The translations under genes were made by a program, and so were the position numbers. A DNA stretch of 64,000 nucleotides from an uncultured Oscillospiraceae bacterium (GTDB lineage: Bacteria; Bacillota; Clostridia; Oscillospirales; Ruminococcaceae): assembly GCA_964369965.1 (NCBI GenBank), contig CAYJGF010000006.1, positions 2,321-66,320 of the forward strand, given 5' to 3'. Within the stretch, counting starts at the first letter, position 1. Every line of letters begins with the position of its first letter. Below, in pieces: positions 48,190 to 58,007 of this stretch. Below the pieces are notes generated by a model. The model searched no databases and was not told the DNA's origin. It was given only the letters and a program-made list of their open reading frames with translations.

Positions 48190-49212
48190 CTATAAATTTT
48201 TTCTTCTTAACTGTCCGCACGCCGCCTCTATCCCTGCGCCGAGTCGTCGACGGACGGTGCACTGCAAACCTAAATCGACAAGTCGTTTTTCAAATGCTCT
48301 TGCCGCGGCATCGTGGCTCGCGTTTTCACCGTCGATGGAGTTGAGCGGTATAAGATTTATATGCACGTCTTTGCCACGCAACATCCTGCAAAGGCGATTT
48401 GCGTCCCCCTCGGTATCGTTTTCACCCGAAACAACCGCATATTCTATCGACACGCGCCGTCCGGTAACCTCACCGTATCTATATAACACACAAAGCAGTT
48501 CCGAAAGAGGGTATCTCCGAGCTATCGGCATGACCTTTACACGCTCGGCGTCGGTGGTGCGGTGTAGTGAGACCGAAAGGGTGAGCGACAACTTTTCACC
48601 GAGAAGTTGCTCTATCTGCGGCACAAGACCACAGGTGGAGAGCGTGATATTCCTCCCGGCTATATTATAGCCGAACTCACCAGTCAATAAACGCAAAAAT
48701 TTGACGACGTTGTCGTAGTTATCAAGTGGCTCCCCTATCCCCATGAGCACAAGATGGCGCGGTGGTTTTTCACAGAGGGAGGCGATTAGGTAAACCTGTG
48801 AGAGCAACTCGCCGACACCCATATCGCGCACAAACCCTGCCTTTGCCGAGGCACAAAAGACGCACCCCATTTTGCACCCTACCTGAGTTGAGATACAAAG
48901 GCTGTCACCGTGTTTGTGTTGCAACAGCACCGCCTCAACCGCGTTGCCGTCCGACAACCGCAAAAGGTACTTTTTTGTCCCCTGCTCGTCGGTCTGGCAA
49001 AGTGCCACGCTCGGATAGTCAAAAATATAATTGTTATCCAGTAGCTTTATTAACGATGAGGGCAGGTTTTTAGCCTCGGATAAACTTGTTATCCGTTTGG
49101 CGTGCAACCAGTCAAAAAGTTGCTTTGCGCGGAATTTCGGCTCACCGAGCTCGCATAGAATTTGGGCAAGCTCGTCCCTCGTGAGTGATAGGAGCTCTTT
49201 TTTTTCGTTCAT
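48190..49212 (-). CDS. rlmN: 23S rRNA (adenine2503-C2)-methyltransferase, radical SAM
   Basis: CISTQVGCKMGCVFCAS, with a conserved C-terminal GIEAACGQL. Confidence 0.92.
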   Translation of the reverse strand: MNEKKELLSLTRDELAQILCELGEPKFRAKQLFDWLHAKRITSLSEAKNLPSSLIKLLDNNYIFDYPSVALCQTDEQGTKKYLLRLSDGNAVEAVLLQHKHGDSLCISTQVGCKMGCVFCASAKAGFVRDMGVGELLSQVYLIASLCEKPPRHLVLMGIGEPLDNYDNVVKFLRLLTGEFGYNIAGRNITLSTCGLVPQIEQLLGEKLSLTLSVSLHRTTDAERVKVMPIARRYPLSELLCVLYRYGEVTGRRVSIEYAVVSGENDTEGDANRLCRMLRGKDVHINLIPLNSIDGENASHDAAARAFEKRLVDLGLQCTVRRRLGAGIEAACGQLRRKNL

Positions 49213-49236
49213 CTACAATCCCATTTTATTATTTTA

Positions 49237-50496
49237 TCATACTTTTTCCAAAAAAGCCATAAAAAAGCCATCAAAAATCACGCCATCCGGGAAAAAAGTT
49301 ATATATCCGTCGCAGAGCTCGGAATTTTGTGGTGGTTTTATCGGAATTGCGAGGGATTTCATCTCAGGGTTGTCCTTTAAAAAAGCCTTTATCTGCTCCT
49401 CATTCTCACTACGAGAGAGGGCGCAGGTGGAATAGCACAGCACACCTCCGACGCGCAGTGCCGACGCGGCTTTTTTGAGTATGTCACATTGCACCGCAAT
49501 CAAAGCCTCGGTGTCGGGTGAGGCGCCACGTATCTGGGGACGTTTTGACAAGACCCCCGTGCCGGTGCAGGGCACATCGCACAGGACTGCATCGAACTCA
49601 CCGTTGGGTACACCTTTTGTCGCATCGTTTTGCACTATCTTCACGTTATCAAGCCCAAGGCGCTTTGTCAACCCCTCGATGGCAGACAGGCGGTTTTGGT
49701 GGATATCGGAGGCGACAACGTCTGCCGACATCGCAAGCACGGCGGTCTTGCCACCCGGCGCAGCGCAAAGATCGAGAATATTTTTAGGTTTCTTAGAGAG
49801 CAGTATTTGTGCCGCTAATACCGAGGTGGTACTTATCACATGGAACAGCCCCTGTTCAAATCCCACCGTCCCCGCCGGTGGCTCGCCTTTACATATCAAG
49901 GTGTTGTCTGCAAAACCTGTTCGGGTGGCAACACCCTCGGCGGATAAAAGCTCACGAAGTTCGTTCACCGTTGTTTTTGTGGAATTAACATAGATACAGC
50001 AGTCGGCACGCTGTGTGGATTTTTCTGTTATGTCGAGGTATCGCTCGGGGTAGTCGCATTTCCAACCGGCGATGATATCGGGGTGGATACTGTATTTCAA
50101 ATGCGGCTCGTTTGGTATTGACACCGTTTTAACACGCCGTAACACCGCGTTAACCATGCCGGTGGCGCTTGCCTTTCGGTAAACCTTGCAAAGCTTGACC
50201 CCCTCGCTGATTGCGGCATAGTCCGGCACCTTATCCATGTAAAGTAGCTGATATGCGGTCATGCGCAAAACACAAAGGACCTCGATGTCCAACTTTTTAA
50301 GACCGCCCTTGACAAGTTTTGAGAGAATATAGTCGATGGTTATTTGTCGCTCTAAAGTGCCATAAAAAAGTGCGGTGACAAAAGCTGTTTTGCTCGCATC
50401 AAGCCCATCCGGCAGTGACAACATCAATAGGTTGGCAAAGCCGCCTTTTTCGGCGCGAATGAGTAGGTCGCAGACCGTTTTTCGCTCGTTCATCAA
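49237..50496 (-). CDS. rsmB: 16S rRNA (cytosine967-C5)-methyltransferase
   Basis: NusB-like N-terminus, DLCAAPGGKT, DVPCTGTG, YSTCAL. Confidence 0.88.
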   Translation of the reverse strand: MMNERKTVCDLLIRAEKGGFANLLMLSLPDGLDASKTAFVTALFYGTLERQITIDYILSKLVKGGLKKLDIEVLCVLRMTAYQLLYMDKVPDYAAISEGVKLCKVYRKASATGMVNAVLRRVKTVSIPNEPHLKYSIHPDIIAGWKCDYPERYLDITEKSTQRADCCIYVNSTKTTVNELRELLSAEGVATRTGFADNTLICKGEPPAGTVGFEQGLFHVISTTSVLAAQILLSKKPKNILDLCAAPGGKTAVLAMSADVVASDIHQNRLSAIEGLTKRLGLDNVKIVQNDATKGVPNGEFDAVLCDVPCTGTGVLSKRPQIRGASPDTEALIAVQCDILKKAASALRVGGVLCYSTCALSRSENEEQIKAFLKDNPEMKSLAIPIKPPQNSELCDGYITFFPDGVIFDGFFMAFLEKV

Positions 50497-51191
50497 TCTC
50501 TTCTTCTCAATAAAAGCAGGCGAAGCAGTGTCACGAGCGAGGTGGCGAGCGCGGCGACATAGGTCAGCGCGGCGGCGGAAAGGACACTTCTCACACCGCG
50601 ACTCTCCTCCTCGTTGACATAGCCGTTATCGCTCAAAACCGCGATGGCACGGGACGAGGCGTTGAACTCCACCGGCAGTGTCACCAGCTGAAAGAATGTG
50701 ACAAAGGCAAAAAGGATAATGCCGACACCGATAAGCGTCTCAAAAGCCGGCAGTAAAAGCCCAATGACCACGAGCGGCATGGATAGGGCAGAGCCTATGC
50801 GACTGACCGGGATAATCGCCTCACGCAGTCGTATCGGCGCGTAGTTTTGGGCGTGTTGTATGGCGTGACCTGCCTCATGTGCCGCAATGCCGAGCGCCGC
50901 CACCGACGATGAGTCATGCACCCCTTGTGACAGGCGAATGACATCGTTTTTCGGATCATAGTGGTCGGTGAGGTTGCCGGCTATCTGCTCAATGCGAATG
51001 TTGCGCAGTTCATGGCGGTCCAGTATGGCGCGCGCCGCCTCGGCACCGGTCATGCCGCGCGAGGTGGCGACCTGAGAATATTTTTTGTAGGTGGAATTGA
51101 CCTTAAACTGCGCCCACATTGCAAAGATAAAGGTGGGGATAGCGAGCAGAATATAGGTGGCATCAAAGCCAAATAGATAGTAGTTTAACAT
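50493..51191 (-). CDS. Membrane zinc metallopeptidase (Zn_peptidase_2 type)
   Basis: HEAGHAIQH motif and flanking TM helices. The ATG at 51191 (MLNYYLFGF) is preferred; the longer start is encoded by the repeat region. Confidence 0.8.
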   Translation of the reverse strand: MLNYYLFGFDATYILLAIPTFIFAMWAQFKVNSTYKKYSQVATSRGMTGAEAARAILDRHELRNIRIEQIAGNLTDHYDPKNDVIRLSQGVHDSSSVAALGIAAHEAGHAIQHAQNYAPIRLREAIIPVSRIGSALSMPLVVIGLLLPAFETLIGVGIILFAFVTFFQLVTLPVEFNASSRAIAVLSDNGYVNEEESRGVRSVLSAAALTYVAALATSLVTLLRLLLLRRRD

Positions 51192-51224
51192 GGGTTTTCC
51201 TTTTTGGGTTGGTATTGTATGTTG

Positions 51225-51411
51225 GGGTGGCAGGGGCAACCTTCGGTTGTCCGCATGTTCACGGCAAGGGTGTATTCCGATAACCGCGATGATGGGACGT
51301 CGAGGACGCCGCCCCCTACAACCCGACCGGAGGATTTCAATAAAAAAGGCGAAGCCGTTTCCCTAAAACGAAAAAAGCGTTCAGTCATTCACCATTCACC
51401 TTTAGCCATTA
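51225..51411. repeat. Intergenic structured repeat, copy D (longest, composite)
   Basis: GGCAACC-ttc-GGTTGTC hairpin ... gccccctacaacccgaccggaggatttcaataaaaaaggcgaagccgtttc ... cattcaccattcacctttagccattagtc. The rarA stop codon lies inside the terminal gactaatgg motif. Confidence 0.8.
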
Positions 51412-52644
51412 GTCTAAACTCCCCTTTATCTTCCCCCAATAAGCCCTCGCGGCCTGTTCTGTCTTATTGTTGCCGAACTCGTAATATTTCCTGCCCACCA
51501 GTCCGTCCGGGAGGTATTGTTGTTTGACATAGTGATTTTCAAAATCGTGGGGGTAGATATAGGCAGGGGCGGTCTTGCCCTGTTGCAGGTTGTCAAGATG
51601 TCGGGGGAAGTCGCCGTACCCTCCGCGCCGCACGTCCGACATTGCGGCATCTATAGCCGCCTCAGCGGAATTGGACTTCGGTGCGGTGGCGAGCAGTATC
51701 GTCGCCTCGGCAAGTGGAATTCTTGCCTCCGGTAGACCGAGTTGCAGTGCGCTGTCACACAGTGCCTTGACTATCGGCGCCGCCATAGGGTAGGCAAGCC
51801 CGATATCCTCGGCGCATATGACCAGCAGTCGCCGTATCGGTGAGATTATGTCCCCTGCCTCGATAAGCCGTGCGAGATAGTGCAGTGCCGCATTCTCGTC
51901 ACTTCCGCGGATGGACTTTTGCAATCCCGACAGCAGTCGATAGTGGATGTCGCCGTTTTTGTCATAACTGCCGGCGGAATTGCGGATAATCTGCGCGACC
52001 ATCTGCTCCGATATGACCTTTTCCCCGACCGATAGCAGTAACGAGAGGGACAAAAGTGCCTTCCTCATATCACCGCCACTGCCGGCGGCGAGCATCTCGA
52101 GCGCCGTCCCCTCAAAGGTGACCTCGTCACCCGATTTTATAACCGCGCGGTTAAGCCCATGGGTGATATCCTCCACTTCAAGTGGCAGAAATTCAAAGAC
52201 GAGACAACGTGATAGCAGTGCGCCGTAGACATAAAAATAAGGGTTTTCGGTGGTGGAGGCGATGAGAGTTATATCCCCACTCTCCACCGATTCAAGTAAC
52301 GATTGTTGCTGTTTTTTGTTGAGATACTGTATCTCGTCGAGATATAAAAGCACTCCGTTTGTATTGCCGAGCAGACCTATGTCGGCTATCACCGATTTTA
52401 TATCGGCGGTGCCGGCGGAGGTGCCGTTGAGCTTGTGCAATGTCTTACCTGCACCGTCCGAGAGGATGCTCGCGACCGTCGTCTTGCCGATGCCGGGGGG
52501 GCCGTAAAATATCATGTTCGGCAGTTCCCCTGCGGCAAGGGCACGTCGCAGGACGCTCCCCTCGCCGAGGATATGCCGTTGACCAACCACATCGTCGAGG
52601 GTGCGCGGTCGAAGTCGCTCGGCGAGAGGTATGCTGTTATTCAT
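51409..52644 (-). CDS. rarA: Replication-associated recombination protein A (AAA+ ATPase)
   Basis: [28 protein letters not shown]. 411 aa. Confidence 0.92.
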   Translation of the reverse strand: MNNSIPLAERLRPRTLDDVVGQRHILGEGSVLRRALAAGELPNMIFYGPPGIGKTTVASILSDGAGKTLHKLNGTSAGTADIKSVIADIGLLGNTNGVLLYLDEIQYLNKKQQQSLLESVESGDITLIASTTENPYFYVYGALLSRCLVFEFLPLEVEDITHGLNRAVIKSGDEVTFEGTALEMLAAGSGGDMRKALLSLSLLLSVGEKVISEQMVAQIIRNSAGSYDKNGDIHYRLLSGLQKSIRGSDENAALHYLARLIEAGDIISPIRRLLVICAEDIGLAYPMAAPIVKALCDSALQLGLPEARIPLAEATILLATAPKSNSAEAAIDAAMSDVRRGGYGDFPRHLDNLQQGKTAPAYIYPHDFENHYVKQQYLPDGLVGRKYYEFGNNKTEQAARAYWGKIKGSLD

Positions 52645-53893
52645 AGAGGGGGAAATCTTTGCACAGTGCCGCGACCTGCTGTGCTATATAGTCCTTTTGA
52701 GCCTCAAAGTCGGTGACGGCGAGGAAGATAAGCTCGGCGAGCTTGCGCATCTCGGGAGTGCCGAAGCCGCGCGTTGTGACGGCAGGGGTGCCGATACGAA
52801 CGCCGGAGGTGACCATCGGTGAGGCAGGGTCGTTCGGCACGGTGTTCTTGTTGACCGTTATGCCGACTTCGTCGAGGCGCGCCTCCAGCTCCTTGCCGGT
52901 GCAACCGGTGCCGACTAAATTCAAAAGTATCAGGTGGTTGTCGGTGCCGCCCGAAACGAGGTTGAGACCGCGCCCCATCAGCTCCTTTGCAAGTTCGGCG
53001 CAGTTGTTCACGACGCGTTTTTGATACTCGGCAAACTCCGGCTCGGCCGCCTCTTTAAAACAGACCGCCTTTGCAGCGATTATGTGCTCCAGCGGACCGC
53101 CCTGCGTGCCGGGGAATACCGCGCGGTCGATGTCCTTTGCAAACTGCTCTTTGCACAGTATCATGCCACCGCGAGGTCCGCGCAATGTCTTGTGGGTTGT
53201 GGTGGTGACAATGTCGGCATACGGCACGGGGGAGGGGTGAACGCCGGCGGCAACAAGCCCTGCAATGTGTGCCATGTCGACGAACAATATCGCGCCACAG
53301 CTGTCGGCAATCGTTCGAAAACGTGCAAAGTCGATGGTGCGCGGATACGCCGACGCGCCGGCGACTATCATCTTGGGTTTGTGCTCGTTTGCAAGGGCTT
53401 GCAGAGCGTCATAGTCGATATAGCCCTGCTCGTTGACCTCGTAGGGCACAAAGTTGTAGTATTTGCCGGAAATATTTATCGGCAGACCGTGCGAGAGGTG
53501 ACCGCCGTGCGAAAGGGAAAGCCCGAGCACCGTATCACCCGGCTTTAAAAATGCAAAATAGACGGCGGTGTTGGCGTTTGCACCGCAGTGGGGTTGGACG
53601 TTGACATGCTCCGCACCGAACAGCTTTTTAGCGCGCTCGATGGCGAGTGCCTCCACCTTGTCGACATGTACACAGCCACCATAGTAGCGTTTGCCGGGAT
53701 AGCCCTCGGCATATTTGTTGGTGAGCACACTTCCGGCGGCGGCGAGCACCGCAGGGGAGACGGCATTCTCCGACGCGATAAGCTCAATACCGTCGCGCAG
53801 TCGACCCAGCTCCTCATTTATAGCACCGCCCAGTTCCGGGTCACTGCCCATCAAAAAGTCGCCGGCATTAAAAAAGTCTTTGTACATTTTCAT
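52637..53893 (-). CDS. glyA: Serine hydroxymethyltransferase
   Basis: [23 protein letters not shown] (PLP Lys). 418 aa. Confidence 0.95.
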   Translation of the reverse strand: MKMYKDFFNAGDFLMGSDPELGGAINEELGRLRDGIELIASENAVSPAVLAAAGSVLTNKYAEGYPGKRYYGGCVHVDKVEALAIERAKKLFGAEHVNVQPHCGANANTAVYFAFLKPGDTVLGLSLSHGGHLSHGLPINISGKYYNFVPYEVNEQGYIDYDALQALANEHKPKMIVAGASAYPRTIDFARFRTIADSCGAILFVDMAHIAGLVAAGVHPSPVPYADIVTTTTHKTLRGPRGGMILCKEQFAKDIDRAVFPGTQGGPLEHIIAAKAVCFKEAAEPEFAEYQKRVVNNCAELAKELMGRGLNLVSGGTDNHLILLNLVGTGCTGKELEARLDEVGITVNKNTVPNDPASPMVTSGVRIGTPAVTTRGFGTPEMRKLAELIFLAVTDFEAQKDYIAQQVAALCKDFPLYE

Positions 53894-53976
53894 CTCCTCT
53901 TTATTGTCCTTGTATTTACCTCTATTATATGATATAATTTGTGAAAAATCAAGGGAAGACGAGTAGTATTAATAAT

Positions 53977-54606
53977 ATGAACAAAAAAACTGCCATAGAG
54001 ATAATAGAACTGCTGAAAAAAGCCTACCCCGAGGAGGAGTGCAGTCTCTCCCACACCGACCCGTACCATCTACTGGTGTCGGTTCGCCTTGCCGCGCAGT
54101 GCACCGACAAGCGCGTCAACATGGTCACGCCGGCACTTTTTGAGCGTTTCCCCACCCCATTTGCCATGAAAGATGCCGACATTGGGGAGGTGAGCGAGCT
54201 TATCCGCTCCACCGGTTTTTTCCGCTCCAAGGCGCGCGACCTTATCCTTTGCGCAAATCAACTGTGTGAGCGGCACGACGGCAGAGTGCCGGATAACATG
54301 GAGGAGCTACTCGCCCTCGCCGGAGTGGGGCGCAAATCGGCAAATTTAATACTCGGTGACATCTTCGGTCAACCGGCGATAGTTGCCGACACCCATTGCA
54401 TACGCATTACCGGACGTCTCGGCATGGTGACGAGCAAGGATCCCACCAAGGTGGAGATGCAGTTGCGAGCGATTATACCACCAAACGAGGGGAATTCCTT
54501 TTGCCACCGTCTTGTAATGCACGGGCGCGCCGTCTGTGATGCACGAAAACCGCGGTGTGAAGTCTGCACACTCGCGGTACACTGTCGAGATTTTTCCGGT
54601 GTATAA
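53977..54606 (+). CDS. nth: Endonuclease III
   Basis: HhH-GPD (LLALAGVGRKSANL) and a C-terminal 4Fe-4S loop CDARKPRCEVCTLAVHC. The ATG at 53977 is preferred. Confidence 0.9.
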   Translation: MNKKTAIEIIELLKKAYPEEECSLSHTDPYHLLVSVRLAAQCTDKRVNMVTPALFERFPTPFAMKDADIGEVSELIRSTGFFRSKARDLILCANQLCERHDGRVPDNMEELLALAGVGRKSANLILGDIFGQPAIVADTHCIRITGRLGMVTSKDPTKVEMQLRAIIPPNEGNSFCHRLVMHGRAVCDARKPRCEVCTLAVHCRDFSGV

Positions 54607-54607
54607 A

Positions 54608-55951
54608 ATGGATCTATTCTTTAAAAATCATAACGAAAAATACAAGCCGGAGAATATTATTCGGCTTTTTTTCCCCGACATAAAACTGCGGCACACTCGG
54701 CGCGCAGGGGATAACTATCTGTATTTTCGACGCGGTAAAAAAAGAGTTTTTATTGTATTGATAGAAAACGGTGTCAAACAAACCCTCCTCACCCACGGCG
54801 ATGCAGAAAAAACGCTCTATGACTTCCTAGCACTGCATACCGGTCGAGTTTTACCGTGGGGGATGCTCAACGGTGTGCGACCGCTTTGGCTGTACCGTCA
54901 GCGCGCCCTCGCAGGCAAAAACCATGACGAAATTTCAAACGAGCTTGCCACGACCTATGAGGTGACACAGCCAAAAATTGACCTGTTGCGCCGTTGTTAT
55001 GATACTCAAAACGCAATGCCGATAAATTCGGCGCGCGACGCCTATAGTCTATACGTCTCAATACCTTACTGCCCGTCGCGCTGTCGCTACTGTAGCTTTA
55101 TCTCCATGTCGGCGAACGATACCGCCGAAATGTCACTCTATCTTAAATTGCTTTTAGAGGAGATCACCGAGATATCACGCACGGTGACAATCCCTCCACT
55201 CACCGTCTATGTTGGGGGAGGTACACCGAGCGTCCTCTCGGCAGAGCAGTTGCGGCGACTGCTTAATCACATAAACGAACTGTTCCGACCCACACAAGAA
55301 TTCACCGTTGAGGCAGGCAGGCCGGACTGCACCGACCGTGAAAAACTTAAAGTTTTAAAGGAATACGGGGTGGGCAGAATTTCAATAAACCCCCAGACCT
55401 TTAACGACGCGACACTGCTCTCTATCGGCAGACTGCACTCAGCGAGCGACATCTACCGCTGTTTTAATGAGGCGCGCGAACTTGGTCACGACAACATAAA
55501 CATGGATTTGATTTCCGGTCTGCCGAACGATTCACTTGAGGGGTTTAATCACAGCCTGCGTGAGACGATAAAGCTTGCGCCGAACAGCATAACGGTGCAC
55601 AGCTTCACCCAAAAGACCGGCTCACACCTATCGCAGGAGCATCTCGCACCATGGCCCGATGTCGCCATGATGGCGGTATATCGTGACGAGATGATGGAGC
55701 AAAACGACTACAACCCATATTATATATATCGGCAGAAAAAAACCCCCTCGGGGCTTGAGAATGTAGGATACTCCCAAAGGGGGTATGAGTGCCTGTATAA
55801 TGTCTATATGATGGACGAGCTACATGGCGTCATCTCGGCAGGTGCCGGCGGTGTGACAAAATTCGTGAGTGGTGAGCGCAAAATCATACGTGAATTCCAT
55901 TCAAAATACCCCAAAGAATATATAAACGATCGGATCGCCGCACACGATTAA
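54608..55951 (+). CDS. hemZ: HemZ-type coproporphyrinogen dehydrogenase-like radical SAM protein
   Basis: YVSIPYCPSRCRYCSF radical-SAM cluster and a HemN-like core with the N-terminal extension typical of HemZ. The start is 2 nt after the nth stop. Confidence 0.75.
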   Translation: MDLFFKNHNEKYKPENIIRLFFPDIKLRHTRRAGDNYLYFRRGKKRVFIVLIENGVKQTLLTHGDAEKTLYDFLALHTGRVLPWGMLNGVRPLWLYRQRALAGKNHDEISNELATTYEVTQPKIDLLRRCYDTQNAMPINSARDAYSLYVSIPYCPSRCRYCSFISMSANDTAEMSLYLKLLLEEITEISRTVTIPPLTVYVGGGTPSVLSAEQLRRLLNHINELFRPTQEFTVEAGRPDCTDREKLKVLKEYGVGRISINPQTFNDATLLSIGRLHSASDIYRCFNEARELGHDNINMDLISGLPNDSLEGFNHSLRETIKLAPNSITVHSFTQKTGSHLSQEHLAPWPDVAMMAVYRDEMMEQNDYNPYYIYRQKKTPSGLENVGYSQRGYECLYNVYMMDELHGVISAGAGGVTKFVSGERKIIREFHSKYPKEYINDRIAAHD

Positions 55952-55960
55952 ATCTGTCGC

Positions 55961-56332
55961 TTATTTTATCGTCGTAACTATAAATGCAAAATAGATTATG
56001 TGAAATATCCAGACGAAAAAGAGGATAGTTTGCCCGACAGGCACGGCGTTCATCATCAAAAAACCTATTGTCATCAAGATTGTCACCGTGACAATAATCC
56101 TAACTTTGGTTTTAATGCTCATGCCCCGCCCTTTGACATAACTCTCTAAATTGTTTTTGTATAATTTTGTGTTTTTAAACCACCTGTCCAGCCTTTCACT
56201 GCTTTTCCCGAAACCGAACGCGGCAATGAGCAGGAACGGGAAGGTTGGCAGGATAGGAACGACCGAGCCGACAGCACCCAGTCCAAGGCCAACAAAACCT
56301 ATGCTTAGGTAAATTATTTTTTTGATTTTCAT
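55961..56332 (-). CDS. YbaN/DUF454 family inner-membrane protein
   Basis: 123 aa, four TM helices, GLGAVGSVVPILPTFPFLLIAAFGFGKSSERLDRW signature. Confidence 0.75.
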   Translation of the reverse strand: MKIKKIIYLSIGFVGLGLGAVGSVVPILPTFPFLLIAAFGFGKSSERLDRWFKNTKLYKNNLESYVKGRGMSIKTKVRIIVTVTILMTIGFLMMNAVPVGQTILFFVWIFHIIYFAFIVTTIK

Positions 56333-56354
56333 CCTATTTTCCTCATACTGTGCA

Positions 56355-58007
56355 TCAACTCTCTCTCACCGTTTCCATATTCAAAATGTTATCCGCTATC
56401 TTCACCGTGGACTTTCTGTGCGATACCAACACCACGGTTTTATCGCTACAGGCTTTTAACGACTTTAGGATAACCGCCTCGTTCAAGCTGTCGAGGTTGC
56501 TTGTCGGCTCGTCCAACATAATCAGGCTTGCGTCGTGCAAAAATGCCCTCGCCACGCCTATACGTTGTTTTTCCCCACCCGATATGGTGTCGGCGAGCTC
56601 ACCGAGCATCGTGTCATAACCGTCATCAAGGCATTCGATAAAATCGTGGAGCGACGCCCTTTTTGCCGCACTTATAACCTCATCGCGGTCGGCATTGATA
56701 TTTGCTATTTTAATATTGTTTTCGATTGTATCGCGGAAAACATGCGTCTCCTGCGTGACTAAACTCTCGTTGTCTCTAAGGCTTTTGGTGTTGATACCTC
56801 TCACATTTTCACCCGAGATTAAAACGTCACCGCCCTGCACGTCATAAAACCTCATCAAAAGTTTCAGCGCCGTGGATTTTCCGCATCCGCTCTTTCCGCT
56901 TATCACTAAAATTTTGTTTTTTTCTATATTTAGCGAATAGTTGTTCAATATTTTTTCGCCGTCATAGGAGAAGTCCACAGCAGCAAAACTTGCGTCTTTA
57001 AATTCGATATCCTTGCCGTTTTTCACCTCTTTAACAACGGGGACATCGTCTAAAATGTCCAGCACTCTATTGCCGGCAGCTATCGTCTGTGCAAGCCCTG
57101 CACCTAAGTTCGCCACCGACGACACCGCCCCGAAAGAGGAAAAAAGCAGGAGCGTGGGCACTATAACCGAGGTTATGTCTAAATAATTTCGTATGTATAA
57201 ACCGCTTGCAACAAAAAACAGGATAACCGAAAAGCAAAGTATAGCAAGGTTGGTCAGCGAGTATGTTCTCCCGAAATAGTTTTTGAGCACCTTGTTCGAG
57301 CTTTCAATCTGCCTTGACAGTTCGGTGAGTTTGCCTTTGCGTGCGTCGATATAATTATACTGCAAAACCTCCTTTATACCACGCAGGCTGTCAAGGAAGT
57401 ATGTGTTGAGACCGCCCACCTTTTCACGGTGCACCTCACCGCTGCTTTTACTTTTCCCTGCGACGATAACAGGCATCATTACGCCTACCGTCAGGTGCGC
57501 TAAAAGTGCTATCAAGCCGAGAAGTATATTAAAACTGCCGATAAACCCGACTATTATCGTTGAGGTTATCAGTGCAATACAGATGGGGGAGACGGTGTGA
57601 GCGTAGAATACCTCTAAAAGCTCTATATCAGAGGTGATTATGGAGACGAGGTTGCCCTTGTCCCTGCCGTCGAGTTTTGCAGGGGCAAGTTTTCTCAGCG
57701 CCGTGAACACCTTATCACGAATCAGCGCGAGAAGTTTGAAGGCTATAAAATGGTTGCAATACTGTTCTATATAGTGCAAAACCCCTCGAAAGACCGCTAT
57801 CAACGCCAACACAGCGATGAAAATTGCAACGTTTGCACCGTCGGTATTTATGATATCCAACAGGGCATATCCGCCCATAACGGTGATGAAGCTTGCGCAA
57901 AAATAGCCGAGACACCCCGTAATAATTGCGATGATCATGACCGGTGCGAGCGGCTTCACAAGACCGGTAAGTCGTGATAAAACCATGAGCGATGAGCGTT
58001 TTTTCAT
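56355..58007 (-). CDS. cydC: ABC exporter, fused permease-ATPase, CydC-like (thiol reductant exporter subunit)
   Basis: Six TM helices plus an NBD (GKSGCGKST, ISGGEKQR, LIMLDEPTS). It is paired by a 4-nt overlap with a CydD-like partner. The family assignment is by recall of N-terminal and size pattern. Confidence 0.6.
   Translation of the reverse strand: MKKRSSLMVLSRLTGLVKPLAPVMIIAIITGCLGYFCASFITVMGGYALLDIINTDGANVAIFIAVLALIAVFRGVLHYIEQYCNHFIAFKLLALIRDKVFTALRKLAPAKLDGRDKGNLVSIITSDIELLEVFYAHTVSPICIALITSTIIVGFIGSFNILLGLIALLAHLTVGVMMPVIVAGKSKSSGEVHREKVGGLNTYFLDSLRGIKEVLQYNYIDARKGKLTELSRQIESSNKVLKNYFGRTYSLTNLAILCFSVILFFVASGLYIRNYLDITSVIVPTLLLFSSFGAVSSVANLGAGLAQTIAAGNRVLDILDDVPVVKEVKNGKDIEFKDASFAAVDFSYDGEKILNNYSLNIEKNKILVISGKSGCGKSTALKLLMRFYDVQGGDVLISGENVRGINTKSLRDNESLVTQETHVFRDTIENNIKIANINADRDEVISAAKRASLHDFIECLDDGYDTMLGELADTISGGEKQRIGVARAFLHDASLIMLDEPTSNLDSLNEAVILKSLKACSDKTVVLVSHRKSTVKIADNILNMETVRES

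Noticed and set aside
52934-53548. 204-aa plus-strand ORF
   Set aside because: It is antisense to glyA.
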